NCBI GenBank assembly: GCA_031323845.1
Contig: JAVIYP010000004.1
Location: forward strand, 14,512 to 78,511
From: Bacteroidales bacterium
Lineage (GTDB): Bacteria; Bacteroidota; Bacteroidia; Bacteroidales; UBA7960
Direction: 5' to 3'
DNA: 64,000 nt
Shown here: piece after piece, positions 39,471 to 48,623 of the stretch
How positions within the stretch are numbered: position 1 is the stretch's first letter
Layout: the number at the start of each line of letters is the position of its first letter
Notes under the pieces: model-generated
Seen by the model: only the letters and a program-made list of their open reading frames with translations
Database searches by the model: none
What the model was told of the DNA's origin: nothing
Made by a program: the position numbers and the translations under genes

Positions 39471-42400
39471 GTGAAGTTGTCTGCCTTAACAGAAAGGATA
39501 ATTATTCCAAACAAACCCGGCGCATATGTTGGGTTTGTTTTGGTATGGTTGTTCTCATGCCTGGTCTGTTCCGTTCAGTTACATGCGGACTGCCAGTCCG
39601 ATTGGGCAACTTCCAAAATCGCGCATCCGGAGGTGATCAACATCGGAGTGCTTGCCAACCGGGGCGACAGCCTATGTTATGTGGAGTGGGGGCCTACAGC
39701 CGACTATCTTTCGTATCATCTGGCACCCTATAAGTTTAAGATTGTGCCGTTGGGATTTGATGAATTTCTTGATGAAGTAAAGGCTCCACACGGCCGCTTG
39801 TCGTATATGTCGGCGAACCCTTCCTATTACGCATACCTTGAGCATTACGGTTTAGCTCGCCGCCTGGCCACCTTGCTGATTCCCGGCGAGCCCATGCCCC
39901 AATCCGTTTTTGGCGGGGTGCTTTTTACAAAAGCCAACAGGCACGACATCCGGGAGCTGGCCGACTTGCGGGGCAAAACGCTTGCTGCAGTTGACCCCAG
40001 TTCTATGGGTGGCTGGCATGCAGCCCTGAGGGAGATCAAGGAAAGTGGACGCCTGCGTTTGCATGAGCTGGAGTCGGTTCATTTTGTCGGCACACACGAT
40101 AATGTGGTATTACAGGTCGTTTCGGGAGCTTTTGATGCAGGTACCGTCAGAAGCAGCCAGATCGAACGCATGATCAGTGAAGGGCTGATAAACCGCGACG
40201 ACATTAACATCATAAACAGTAAGGCAGAACAACAACCTGATTATCCTTACCTGCTGTCTACCAGGCTATACCCTGAGTGGCCCTTTGCCGCACTCAAAGG
40301 CGCCGATGAAGAACTCAGCAGGCGTGTTTCGGTTCTCCTTATGCAGATGGACGCTGATGATCCCGCAGCAATTGCGCTGAGAGGCGCAGGATGGACATTC
40401 CCGGAGCAATATGCCGAGGTGCATAACCTGCTTAATGTTCTCAGCCTGCCTCCTTACGAAGCCACACGAATCAGGGTAAGGGATGTCATCATGGCTTACT
40501 GGCCCTGGCTGACAACCCTGCTGATCTTGTCTCTTGGCATGGCCGGCTTCATCATCTATATCCTGATACTGCAAAGAAAAACAACAACCATTTCCGGAAA
40601 ACTGGTAAAAAGCGAACAAAAATTCAGAGAGTTGTTTGAACACGCTCCTGTGGCCATGGTAGTGCACGACCGCAATACTGCCGAAGTTCTTGATGCGAAC
40701 CGGCATGCCATCGAATCATATGGTTTCTCCACCCTCGAAGAGTTTCTCAATACAGACAAATGGATTGACCCGCCCTATTCTTACGATGATGTATTATATT
40801 GGTTTTCCCGGGTTCGTGATGAAGGTCCGCAACAATTTGAATGGAAATCACGCACAGTACATGGTGAGTATTTCTGGAAAGACATTAAACTGCAGGAACT
40901 TGAGCTGGGCAACAGGGTTGTGATGCTATCCATCTCTTACAACATCACTGAACGAAAGCAGGCAGAGGACAAACTAAGAGAAAGTGAACAGTTGTTCCGG
41001 AACCTCACCAACAACCTTTCAGTTGGAGTGGTAATGATCAGCAAGGACATGGAAGTGATGACCATCAACCCCAAAATGCGTGAATGGTTTCCCCGTGACG
41101 ATTACAACAAATGCCCCAGGTGTTATATTGCCTTTAATACCCCCGAACGCAGTACACCTTGCGAGAATTGTCCGGTAGCCAAAACCCTTGTTGATGGAAA
41201 AACCCACACCTATGAAAGGGAAGCGGAAACACATTTGGGCAAAAAGGTGCTGTTGATAACCTCTACTGCAATAACCGACATCAATGGTGAGATCATTGCA
41301 GCCATTGAAATGGCGGATGACATCACAGAAAGAAAACAAACGGAGAAGATCCTTATAGAGGCTAAAGCACAAGCAGAAGAGGCCAATAAAGCCAAATCGG
41401 AGTTTCTTGCCAATATGAGTCATGAAATCCGCACACCGCTCAATGGCGTCATTGGTTTCACCGACCTGTTACAAAAAACCAGTCTGAACAAAACACAGAG
41501 GCTCTATGCCGAGAATGCAAACACATCTGCTCTTTCGCTGCTGGCTATCATCAATGATATTCTGGACCTTTCAAAAATAGAGGCTGACAAGCTGGAACTG
41601 GAAATCATTGAAGCAGACATGATTCGTCTGATGCAGGAAGCCATAGATATCATCAAGTTTCATGCCGCAGAAAAACAACTTGAGCTCTTGCTGAACATTG
41701 ACCCGGCTATGCCTCGTTTTGCATTGGTTGACCCTGTGCGCCTGAAACAAATATTAGTGAACCTGTTAAGCAATGCCGTAAAATTCACTGAAAAAGGAGA
41801 AGTGGAGCTGCGGCTGGGCTTCGAAGCCATTGACGAAAATCAGGGCAGGTTCAGTGTCAGCATCCGCGATACAGGCATAGGCATCAGTGAGGAGCACCAG
41901 AAAAGGGTGTTCGACGTCTTTATGCAGGCCGACACCTCCACTACCAGGAGGTATGGCGGCACCGGACTTGGACTGCCCATCTCCGGTTTGCTCGCCCGTA
42001 AAATGGGCAGCCGCATCGAACTGAAAAGCGCACCGGGAGAAGGATCAACCTTTTATTTTACACTGGAAACCAGCTACAGACGCGGAAAAATGCTGGATGT
42101 AAGAGATATAAAAGAAGTAAAACGTGTGCTTCTTGTTGACGACAACGACCAGAACCGACTTATACTACAACACATGTTTGACTTCTGGGGTATACATCTT
42201 ACAGGGTGTTCCGGCTGTAAAGAGGCCATTGAGGTGTTAAAGGAGTCTCCGCCATTCGATGTTATCATTATGGATTACCACATGCCGGAAACAGACGGAT
42301 TGGAAACCATAAGGATGATCAGGCAGGAGCCGGGTCTGGTTCCGGAAGAGCAAAACATCATACTGCTTCACAGCTCCTCAGATGACCCAAACATCTATAA

Positions 42401-43322
42401 ACACTCCAAAACCCTTAAGATACGTTATACGCTGACCAAGCCGATTAAGTCGCAAGAGCTGCTACAATACCTGAAAAGCCTTCAAAACGAATATCTTCCG
42501 GTAAAAGAAAAAAAAGAGAAGAAAGACAGCATCAAGAATATGTTGATTGATAAGGAGGCACAACCGCTCATAATGCTGGTAGAAGATGTTGAGATGAACA
42601 TTTTGCTGATTAAAACACTCATCAGTCAACGTATTCCCGGGGCAACCTTCCTGGAGGCGTCAGATGGCAAGGAAGCCCTGGAGTTATTAAAAACCAACAC
42701 CCCCGATCTGATTTTCATGGACGTACAGATGCCGGTCATGGATGGATGGGAAACAACGCGAATTCTTCGGAAAAATGAAGAAGGCACAAAGCAGCACATT
42801 CCTGTAATAGCGCTTACAGCCAGGGTGTTGAAAGAAGAAATCGAGAAATGTGTCGAGGCTGGCATGGATGGCTTTCTGGGTAAACCAATAAATCATCAGG
42901 CCCTGTATGAGACCTTATTAAAGCATCTTGGCGGTGATTATAAAAACGGCAGCCGTAAGCAACCGGCTGCGGTAGGGCACGTGGAGAAGGATTGGGATAA
43001 AACGGCATTGATGGACCATCTCGATGGTGACACCCAATTGATGAAGGACTTCATAACGGACGTATTGAAACAGTTTCCTCAATACCTTAACGGGCTTAAG
43101 AGCGCCGGTATGAACCACAACGAAAACCAGATAAGCAGATATGCACACAAGCTAAGGGGTGTTGCGGCCAATTTGCGTTTCAGCCGTCTGGCAGATATTG
43201 CCGAAGAGATTGAAAAAACGACCGCCACCACTGCTGAAGGCGACTTGTCGGGCATTGAAAAAGCACTCAAAGCCTGGGAAGACCTGCACCAAATACTTAA
43301 AGAGGAGCTGAAAAATCTTTAA
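39471..43322 (+). CDS. Hybrid sensor kinase: PhnD/phosphonate-binding-like periplasmic domain - TM - 2 PAS - HisKA - HATPase - 2 REC - Hpt
   Basis: AAVDPSSMGGW, THDNVV..DAG, LYPEWPFAA; SHEIRTPLNG; two REC Asp motifs; AHKLRG Hpt; GTG start. Confidence 0.93.
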   Translation: MKLSALTERIIIPNKPGAYVGFVLVWLFSCLVCSVQLHADCQSDWATSKIAHPEVINIGVLANRGDSLCYVEWGPTADYLSYHLAPYKFKIVPLGFDEFLDEVKAPHGRLSYMSANPSYYAYLEHYGLARRLATLLIPGEPMPQSVFGGVLFTKANRHDIRELADLRGKTLAAVDPSSMGGWHAALREIKESGRLRLHELESVHFVGTHDNVVLQVVSGAFDAGTVRSSQIERMISEGLINRDDINIINSKAEQQPDYPYLLSTRLYPEWPFAALKGADEELSRRVSVLLMQMDADDPAAIALRGAGWTFPEQYAEVHNLLNVLSLPPYEATRIRVRDVIMAYWPWLTTLLILSLGMAGFIIYILILQRKTTTISGKLVKSEQKFRELFEHAPVAMVVHDRNTAEVLDANRHAIESYGFSTLEEFLNTDKWIDPPYSYDDVLYWFSRVRDEGPQQFEWKSRTVHGEYFWKDIKLQELELGNRVVMLSISYNITERKQAEDKLRESEQLFRNLTNNLSVGVVMISKDMEVMTINPKMREWFPRDDYNKCPRCYIAFNTPERSTPCENCPVAKTLVDGKTHTYEREAETHLGKKVLLITSTAITDINGEIIAAIEMADDITERKQTEKILIEAKAQAEEANKAKSEFLANMSHEIRTPLNGVIGFTDLLQKTSLNKTQRLYAENANTSALSLLAIINDILDLSKIEADKLELEIIEADMIRLMQEAIDIIKFHAAEKQLELLLNIDPAMPRFALVDPVRLKQILVNLLSNAVKFTEKGEVELRLGFEAIDENQGRFSVSIRDTGIGISEEHQKRVFDVFMQADTSTTRRYGGTGLGLPISGLLARKMGSRIELKSAPGEGSTFYFTLETSYRRGKMLDVRDIKEVKRVLLVDDNDQNRLILQHMFDFWGIHLTGCSGCKEAIEVLKESPPFDVIIMDYHMPETDGLETIRMIRQEPGLVPEEQNIILLHSSSDDPNIYKHSKTLKIRYTLTKPIKSQELLQYLKSLQNEYLPVKEKKEKKDSIKNMLIDKEAQPLIMLVEDVEMNILLIKTLISQRIPGATFLEASDGKEALELLKTNTPDLIFMDVQMPVMDGWETTRILRKNEEGTKQHIPVIALTARVLKEEIEKCVEAGMDGFLGKPINHQALYETLLKHLGGDYKNGSRKQPAAVGHVEKDWDKTALMDHLDGDTQLMKDFITDVLKQFPQYLNGLKSAGMNHNENQISRYAHKLRGVAANLRFSRLADIAEEIEKTTATTAEGDLSGIEKALKAWEDLHQILKEELKNL

Positions 43323-43408
43323 GCACGGCTGTCTTTGTTTTAGACACCTTCTCAAAAAAACTCGTTGGTTCTGATAATGAAACCAATAGCCATTAAAATC
43401 AGTAAGCT

Positions 43409-43591
43409 ATGAAACACGAAACCCACGGCAGCGGATCTGCGAGTGCAGTTTACGGTCTGGGCTTTATTGGCGCCCTCATATACTATATTTCAACTGCCGG
43501 CTCTTTTTGGATGGGTGCCTTAGGCATTTTGAAAGCCATCGTATGGCCCGCTTTTCTTGTGTATGAAGCGCTGAAAGCACTCGCCGCATAA
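43409..43591 (+). CDS. Small two-helix membrane protein (60 aa)
   Basis: ATG start in an A-rich context; AVYGLGFIGALIYY..LKAIVWPAFLVY resembles a widespread small hypothetical family (from recall). Confidence 0.75.
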   Translation: MKHETHGSGSASAVYGLGFIGALIYYISTAGSFWMGALGILKAIVWPAFLVYEALKALAA

Positions 43592-43709
43592 ACGCGGTGC
43601 TGAAGGGTTTCGGGCATGGCTATAGTTCAGAGTTTACAGCCTGAAGTGGCCTCGCCTGCAGGCAGCCATTACATGGCATTTGCCTGATGTGTCATGCTGT
43701 TATGAGCAT

Positions 43710-43737
43710 GCCCTGTTTATCGATACACTGACAGGGC
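43710..43737. terminator. Possible hairpin between convergent genes
   Basis: gccctgt-N14-acagggc. Confidence 0.3.
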
Positions 43738-43748
43738 GAAGGAAGTGT

Positions 43749-46685
43749 TTACATCCCCAGGAGTTTAACCGACAGCATCAATTGGCCCTGTGGTTTCTGA
43801 CTCTCTTCAAAAAGCCAGGCGTAACCAACCGACCAGGTGGTTTTCATATACGAGAGCATCACTATCTCTATATCCGTCTGAAAACCCGCGTTGAAAACAT
43901 GTCGCGACACATCGCTGCGATCGGGGTCGGTGAACAGGTGTGTGCCAAATAATGAGGTGTAAATATAGGTAGGATATATCCAGGTGGCACCGACGTTACG
44001 TGTTCGTAAAGGACGAAGGTTCAGTTCGCTCATGGTTCTTATGTAGTTGTGCGCAGGCAATGCATCGATTTCAGCACCCGGGAAAGCAAGACTGCCCCTG
44101 TATTGGCGTGGTTCGCGCCAATCGACATAGTTGTTCCGGAAACCACCCAGGTAAAAGTATGACAGGGCCGATTCCCTGCTGCCAAAGGACTGACCGGCGC
44201 TGTTACGGATCCAGAAACTGGTGTTCCTGATGCCGGGCACCAGGAAGCCCACGTCCTGGTTCGAAACGATGGACGGGTAAAACGAGTCGGCCGCATAATA
44301 GGCAACGCCTGAGACGCGCCAGTTATAGCCCGTTTCGTGGTCGACGCCACCGAGGGTACGGCGCAGTTTCGACATGTTGAAGCCGGCCGTAGCCGCCTGG
44401 AACTGTCTCATGGGCGACTCGATGTTCTGATGCAGTGGCAACACTTCAAGGTCGCCGTAATGATACACTCCAAAGCTGTAGCCGTAACGGAAGGGCTCTC
44501 TCAGCGTATAATTTCTGTCGTAGGAAATACCAACGCTATAACCGGCACGGCTTCTCTTGGTCGGGCCGAAGAGGTCGTAAAAGTCCGTGCGGTTCCAGGT
44601 GGCGCTCAGCTTCCAGTTCCAGTAGCGCCAGTCGAGATGGGCGTGCACCTTCTGTTTGTCTTCAAAGGAGCTCCATGGCGAAGTGGCCAGGAAGAGGTCG
44701 ATCTGGCTCAGCGACAGGGGGTCACGCCAGAGCATACGGTAACCGACGGCAGCCGTGTTTTTATAGCCTGTCAAGTCGGGCCAGGCGTTGGCCAGGAACA
44801 TCTCCCGGACCGGGTGATAGGCAACCTCCCGCACTCCGGTGGTGTCCACATGCGGTGGCGGCGGCAGCGACCATTCAGTCACCTGCGGGTTGCGCTCCAG
44901 CACATCCATCCCAAGAAAATAAATGGCATTGGCCTCATAAAGGACCTCCAGCGGAATGCGTCCCGGTTTCATTCCATCACGATAGAAGCGCAGCACCAGC
45001 AACGAATCTTCGCTGTACTGATAGGGCATGAAAAAGCCCGTTTCCGTATTGGACAGCAGGTCAAACGATCCGTCTTCAATGCCCACGCGCCACACGTTGG
45101 AAACACCGGTGTAGTATGACGTGCCAATGAGATATTCATTGCAGGGGGCAAACTTGAATTGCGTCAGCGTATTGTCGTCGAGCTTAAGCAGGCTGCGGTA
45201 GCGCGTATTGCCCATCTCCAGTTCCCGTATTTCGAAAAGCACAAGTTCCTGCTCGCCTCCGACGCCTGAAAGCGTGGCGGCGAGGTATCTTCCGTCGGAT
45301 GAGATGTCGAGGTCGAAGATGGCCTGGCCAAAGGGTGTTTCCCAAAGCGGCTCGATGCTTTCGTAGGGCTCGGGAAATTTCACCAGCATAGAATGGCCGT
45401 TGTCGAGGCGCACGCCCCAGATGCTGCGGTCGGCGCGGTTAAACACCAGGTCGCCGGTACGCGTGAAAGGCAGGATGGTTTCCTTGCGGCCGCTTTCAAC
45501 GTCAATGGCCACCAGGCTGCGGTACTTGTAGTTGTGCTCGGTGATGTAAACGATGTTGCTGTCGGGGTCGTAGGCCAAATGTGTGGAGTAATACAGGGCG
45601 GGTGTGTCGAGGGTTGCCAGCTTGCGGATGTCGCCGGTGCGGGTGTCAATTTCGGCTATTTGTGAGATGATGCCGGGGTAGTTGATGGCCATGTACATCT
45701 TTTCGGTGTCGTGGTTGTAGCGAAAGGTGGAGGCGTTGCCCAGAGGGTGCGCGGTGATTGGCTCAAAGGCGGTAAGCGGGTATTCCTTCACCCTGTTGAT
45801 GTTTTCTTGTTGAAACTGACGTTCGAAAGCGATCCACTCGTCCCAGGCCTGCCCTACCGGCTTGTCATAGACCTGCCTGAACTGCCTGGCATAAAAGGCC
45901 TTGCTGTCTTCCGAGCGCAAGAAGAAGTCGTGCAGCTTGTCAACGCCGTATTCCCTGGCCAGGTATGTGGTGAAGCGCGAGCCGTAGAGGTAGGCGTTGG
46001 CGCCTACCTGGAAGTCGAGTGCCGTGCCTTCGGTTTCGAGGCCCACTACTGAGTGGATGGGGGCATTTTCGTGCACGAGGCTGCGGAAGTACATTTCGTC
46101 GTAGTATCCCATGGTGCGACCGAGGCCTCCTGACATCCAGGTTTCCATGAAAATGGCGATGCCTTCCTGGTACCAGCGGGGGGCATACCATCGCGGCACG
46201 GTGGTGTAGCTCCACAAGGCGGAGAGCGGGTAGGCCTCGTCGCGGCGCACCTTGCCGAAGAAGGCCCGCCGCCAGCGTTCATCGCGACGGTTGGGCTTGT
46301 CGGTCATCACCACGTGCGTCAGCTCGTGGTTGAACAGCCACTGGAAACGCTCACTTGCCGGCAGGATGCTGAAAGCAAAGTTATACGGTCCGATGCCGAT
46401 GAACACCTGGTTGAGCGGCATGGTAATGGCACCGCCCGTGCCATAATCCTGGAAGTCGTTGAGCATCACGTAGATCTTGCCGGGGTCGTAGTCCCAAAGC
46501 TCCTGGTGGAAGTCCATCGCATTAAAGAAGGTGCGCAGCACGTGCGGCGTCATATAGGTGTAGCGGCCGCCAAAATATACCAGCTGTACGCGTTCGGTGT
46601 CGATCTGGGTGATCAGTTGTGCCCTGGATTCATTCACTGACAGCAAGCTCAAGAGCAGGGCTGCGATGAATAGTCTGGTTTTCAT
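43749..46685 (-). CDS. Outer-membrane protein: gluzincin metallopeptidase + TolB-like beta-propeller + C-terminal beta-barrel (978 aa)
   Basis: Signal peptide; HELTH plus downstream WYQEGIA third ligand; propeller blades (FDLDISSDGRYLAA, FAPCNEYL); amphipathic C-terminal strands. Confidence 0.85.
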   Translation of the reverse strand: MKTRLFIAALLLSLLSVNESRAQLITQIDTERVQLVYFGGRYTYMTPHVLRTFFNAMDFHQELWDYDPGKIYVMLNDFQDYGTGGAITMPLNQVFIGIGPYNFAFSILPASERFQWLFNHELTHVVMTDKPNRRDERWRRAFFGKVRRDEAYPLSALWSYTTVPRWYAPRWYQEGIAIFMETWMSGGLGRTMGYYDEMYFRSLVHENAPIHSVVGLETEGTALDFQVGANAYLYGSRFTTYLAREYGVDKLHDFFLRSEDSKAFYARQFRQVYDKPVGQAWDEWIAFERQFQQENINRVKEYPLTAFEPITAHPLGNASTFRYNHDTEKMYMAINYPGIISQIAEIDTRTGDIRKLATLDTPALYYSTHLAYDPDSNIVYITEHNYKYRSLVAIDVESGRKETILPFTRTGDLVFNRADRSIWGVRLDNGHSMLVKFPEPYESIEPLWETPFGQAIFDLDISSDGRYLAATLSGVGGEQELVLFEIRELEMGNTRYRSLLKLDDNTLTQFKFAPCNEYLIGTSYYTGVSNVWRVGIEDGSFDLLSNTETGFFMPYQYSEDSLLVLRFYRDGMKPGRIPLEVLYEANAIYFLGMDVLERNPQVTEWSLPPPPHVDTTGVREVAYHPVREMFLANAWPDLTGYKNTAAVGYRMLWRDPLSLSQIDLFLATSPWSSFEDKQKVHAHLDWRYWNWKLSATWNRTDFYDLFGPTKRSRAGYSVGISYDRNYTLREPFRYGYSFGVYHYGDLEVLPLHQNIESPMRQFQAATAGFNMSKLRRTLGGVDHETGYNWRVSGVAYYAADSFYPSIVSNQDVGFLVPGIRNTSFWIRNSAGQSFGSRESALSYFYLGGFRNNYVDWREPRQYRGSLAFPGAEIDALPAHNYIRTMSELNLRPLRTRNVGATWIYPTYIYTSLFGTHLFTDPDRSDVSRHVFNAGFQTDIEIVMLSYMKTTWSVGYAWLFEESQKPQGQLMLSVKLLGM

Positions 46686-46734
46686 CTGTTTACAGTTTCA
46701 TTATGTTGTTTTTAAATGCATTGTGTTTATTTTG

Positions 46735-46845
46735 TTTCACAGAGTTTCACGGAGTTTGACACAGAGTTTCACAGAGTTTTGTCTCTGTGAGACTCTCCCG
46801 CATGGGCGGGACAGGTGTGAATGACTCAGTGTTACTCTGTGTAAC
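46735..46845. repeat. CACAGAG tandem/inverted repeat cluster in the leader of the OM peptidase gene
   Basis: tttcacagag x2, tttcacggag, tttgacacagag, then inverted ctctgtga and ctctgtgt; GC hairpin tcccgc-atgg-gcggga at 46796-46811. Confidence 0.8.
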
Positions 46846-46925
46846 TTTATTTGTTCTCGCAGATTATGTGATAATCAGCCCTCTGTGTTTCAAAATATTT
46901 AGCATGGGCGTTTCTGGTTGTAAGA

Positions 46926-46950
46926 TACGAAAAAAGTCATTCCCTGTTGC
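46926..46950 (-). promoter_or_regulatory. ECF-type promoter P4: GCAAC-N16-CGTA, overlapping a terminator hairpin
   Basis: Revcomp gcaac agggaatgactttttt cgta; same spacing as P1-P3. Confidence 0.65.
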
Positions 46951-46966
46951 CGGGGAATGACTTTTT
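46931..46966 (-). terminator. Intrinsic terminator after repeat protein B
   Basis: 14-bp perfect stem aaaaagtcattccc/gggaatgacttttt with U tract. Confidence 0.85.
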
Positions 46967-47023
46967 ATGCAGTAAATGTTCACAGAATTTGAGTGTCATT
47001 GCAGGTTTTGTTACGAGCATGCT

Positions 47024-48331
47024 TTAATCGAGAGTGAAGCCTGTGCGAAGCTGTTCATTATCAAATAAAACTGAGCCGCGCAGGAAGTCGCCGTCGCGTA
47101 TCATTTCGGAGCCGCGCAGCACTTCGTTCATCTGCAGCAAAGGAGCATCCAAAGACCGCAATTGTTCGCTGTCCAAAATGTTGAACCTGAGTTGTTCGTT
47201 GTCAAGGAATGCATCCCTGAGTTGTGAAGCATCGGTTATGCCCATGTCGCGCAATTGTTCTGCATCCCAAATAGGCAACAGGAAATTCAGCTGTTCTGTA
47301 TCAAACGCTGCAAGTTGTTCGAAGTCCAATGCACTCGCATCGTCGAGCCTGACACCATCAAGGAAACTCATCACATCATTGAGTTGTTCTGAGTCAAGTA
47401 CGGCTACGCGACGGAGATTTTCAGCGTCAAGGATGCCAAAATGACGTAACTGTTCGGCATCAAACCTCGTAAGGTCGCGCAGGTGTTCCGCATCCTGTAC
47501 CCTGAAGTTAACACGGAGTGCTTCAATGTCCATGATAACAAAATCCAGGAGTGCTTCATTCAGGAAGGCAATATCTCTGAGGTTTCCTGCGTCATTAAGT
47601 ATAATCATCCGGAGGGTTTCCGCATCCAGCTGGGCAAACTCACCCTCTTCATCCATTACGTCTTTGGCGAGCAGGTGTTCGAGCACCGGGCGGTTGTCGT
47701 TCACGATGTTGTGCATCAGCATGTTTGCGAAGAGCTGGTCGTGGGCAAGTGTTAGCTGTGGAAATTCTGCTTTTGGATGTGTTTTGAAGAAGCTTTCGAC
47801 GTCTGTCATGAAGTCGAACACCACGCCGTTGCGAACCTGTGTTTGTGCGATGGCGCTACCGGCGCTGTTGAGCACGGTGCGTATGGCAACGCGGTCCTTT
47901 TCGGAGAGGTCGGAGAGTACCCCGATGGCTTCGAGGATGCGCAGGCGGGCGTTGTCAAGGAACAAGGCGTACTCTTCCATACGGTTAAGGGTGCGGGCGC
48001 TGTTGGTGCGAAAGTCGTTGTGCTCTCTTCCTGCAGCAATTGCGAAGCGCAGGTCGTCGCCCATCTTGATGTTGGCGGCATACTCATAGGCGAGGTAGTT
48101 GCGGTATGCTTCGCGCATGTTTTGGTCGGCCAGCAGCTCGTTGCGCAGCTCAATGTCGGCTTCGGTAACGCGGACGTTGCGGTACTGGTCAACGCGGCCA
48201 ATGGTGCCGGCAGCCTCCCATATACTTAGTCCGGTAATGCGCGGATTTATCATGGCCAGCCCTATTGTCATGCCCACTACTAGACCTAATGCAAGGCCAA
48301 CAAGGAGAAATATGATCTTAGTCTTTTTCAT
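47024..48331 (-). CDS. Membrane-anchored protein B with ~16-18 hDxEQL C-terminal repeats
   Basis: Start MKKTKII (ATG 48331; the ORF-track 48472 start lies upstream of promoter P3); N-terminal TM; clearly paralogous to 48624-49658. Confidence 0.9.
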   Translation of the reverse strand: MKKTKIIFLLVGLALGLVVGMTIGLAMINPRITGLSIWEAAGTIGRVDQYRNVRVTEADIELRNELLADQNMREAYRNYLAYEYAANIKMGDDLRFAIAAGREHNDFRTNSARTLNRMEEYALFLDNARLRILEAIGVLSDLSEKDRVAIRTVLNSAGSAIAQTQVRNGVVFDFMTDVESFFKTHPKAEFPQLTLAHDQLFANMLMHNIVNDNRPVLEHLLAKDVMDEEGEFAQLDAETLRMIILNDAGNLRDIAFLNEALLDFVIMDIEALRVNFRVQDAEHLRDLTRFDAEQLRHFGILDAENLRRVAVLDSEQLNDVMSFLDGVRLDDASALDFEQLAAFDTEQLNFLLPIWDAEQLRDMGITDASQLRDAFLDNEQLRFNILDSEQLRSLDAPLLQMNEVLRGSEMIRDGDFLRGSVLFDNEQLRTGFTLD

Positions 48332-48388
48332 GGCTGTTCTTTTTTGAAAATAATTGATTGATTTCCAGCATTGGTTTGCTGATAAAAT

Positions 48389-48413
48389 TACTAAAAAAGT
48401 TCGTAAAAGTTGG
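48389..48413 (-). promoter_or_regulatory. ECF-type promoter P3: CCAAC-N16-AGTA
   Basis: Revcomp ccaac ttttacgaactttttt agta, 58 nt above the ATG. Confidence 0.75.
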
Positions 48414-48529
48414 TGTTTTTTGACAAAAAATTTCATTATCAATATGATAGCGGCAAATCTCTTAGAATTCAAAAACGGGTTCTTCGCTTCTATTCAGATA
48501 TAAAAGCCTCTATACCATCCAAAAAAACA

Positions 48530-48568
48530 ATAAACAGTCATTCCCCGCTCCCGGGAATGACTGTTTAT
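48530..48568 (-). terminator. Intrinsic terminator after repeat protein A
   Basis: 16-bp perfect stem ataaacagtcattccc/gggaatgactgtttat; duplicate of 46931-46966 including the adjacent 3' UTR. Confidence 0.85.
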
Positions 48569-48623
48569 GCAGTCAATCTTTACAGAATTTGATTGTCATT
48601 GCAGGTTTTTTGCAAGTGATGTG

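Noticed and set aside
48332-48472. N-terminal extension of repeat protein B in the ORF track
   Set aside because: It spans promoter P3; paralog A aligns from MKKTK
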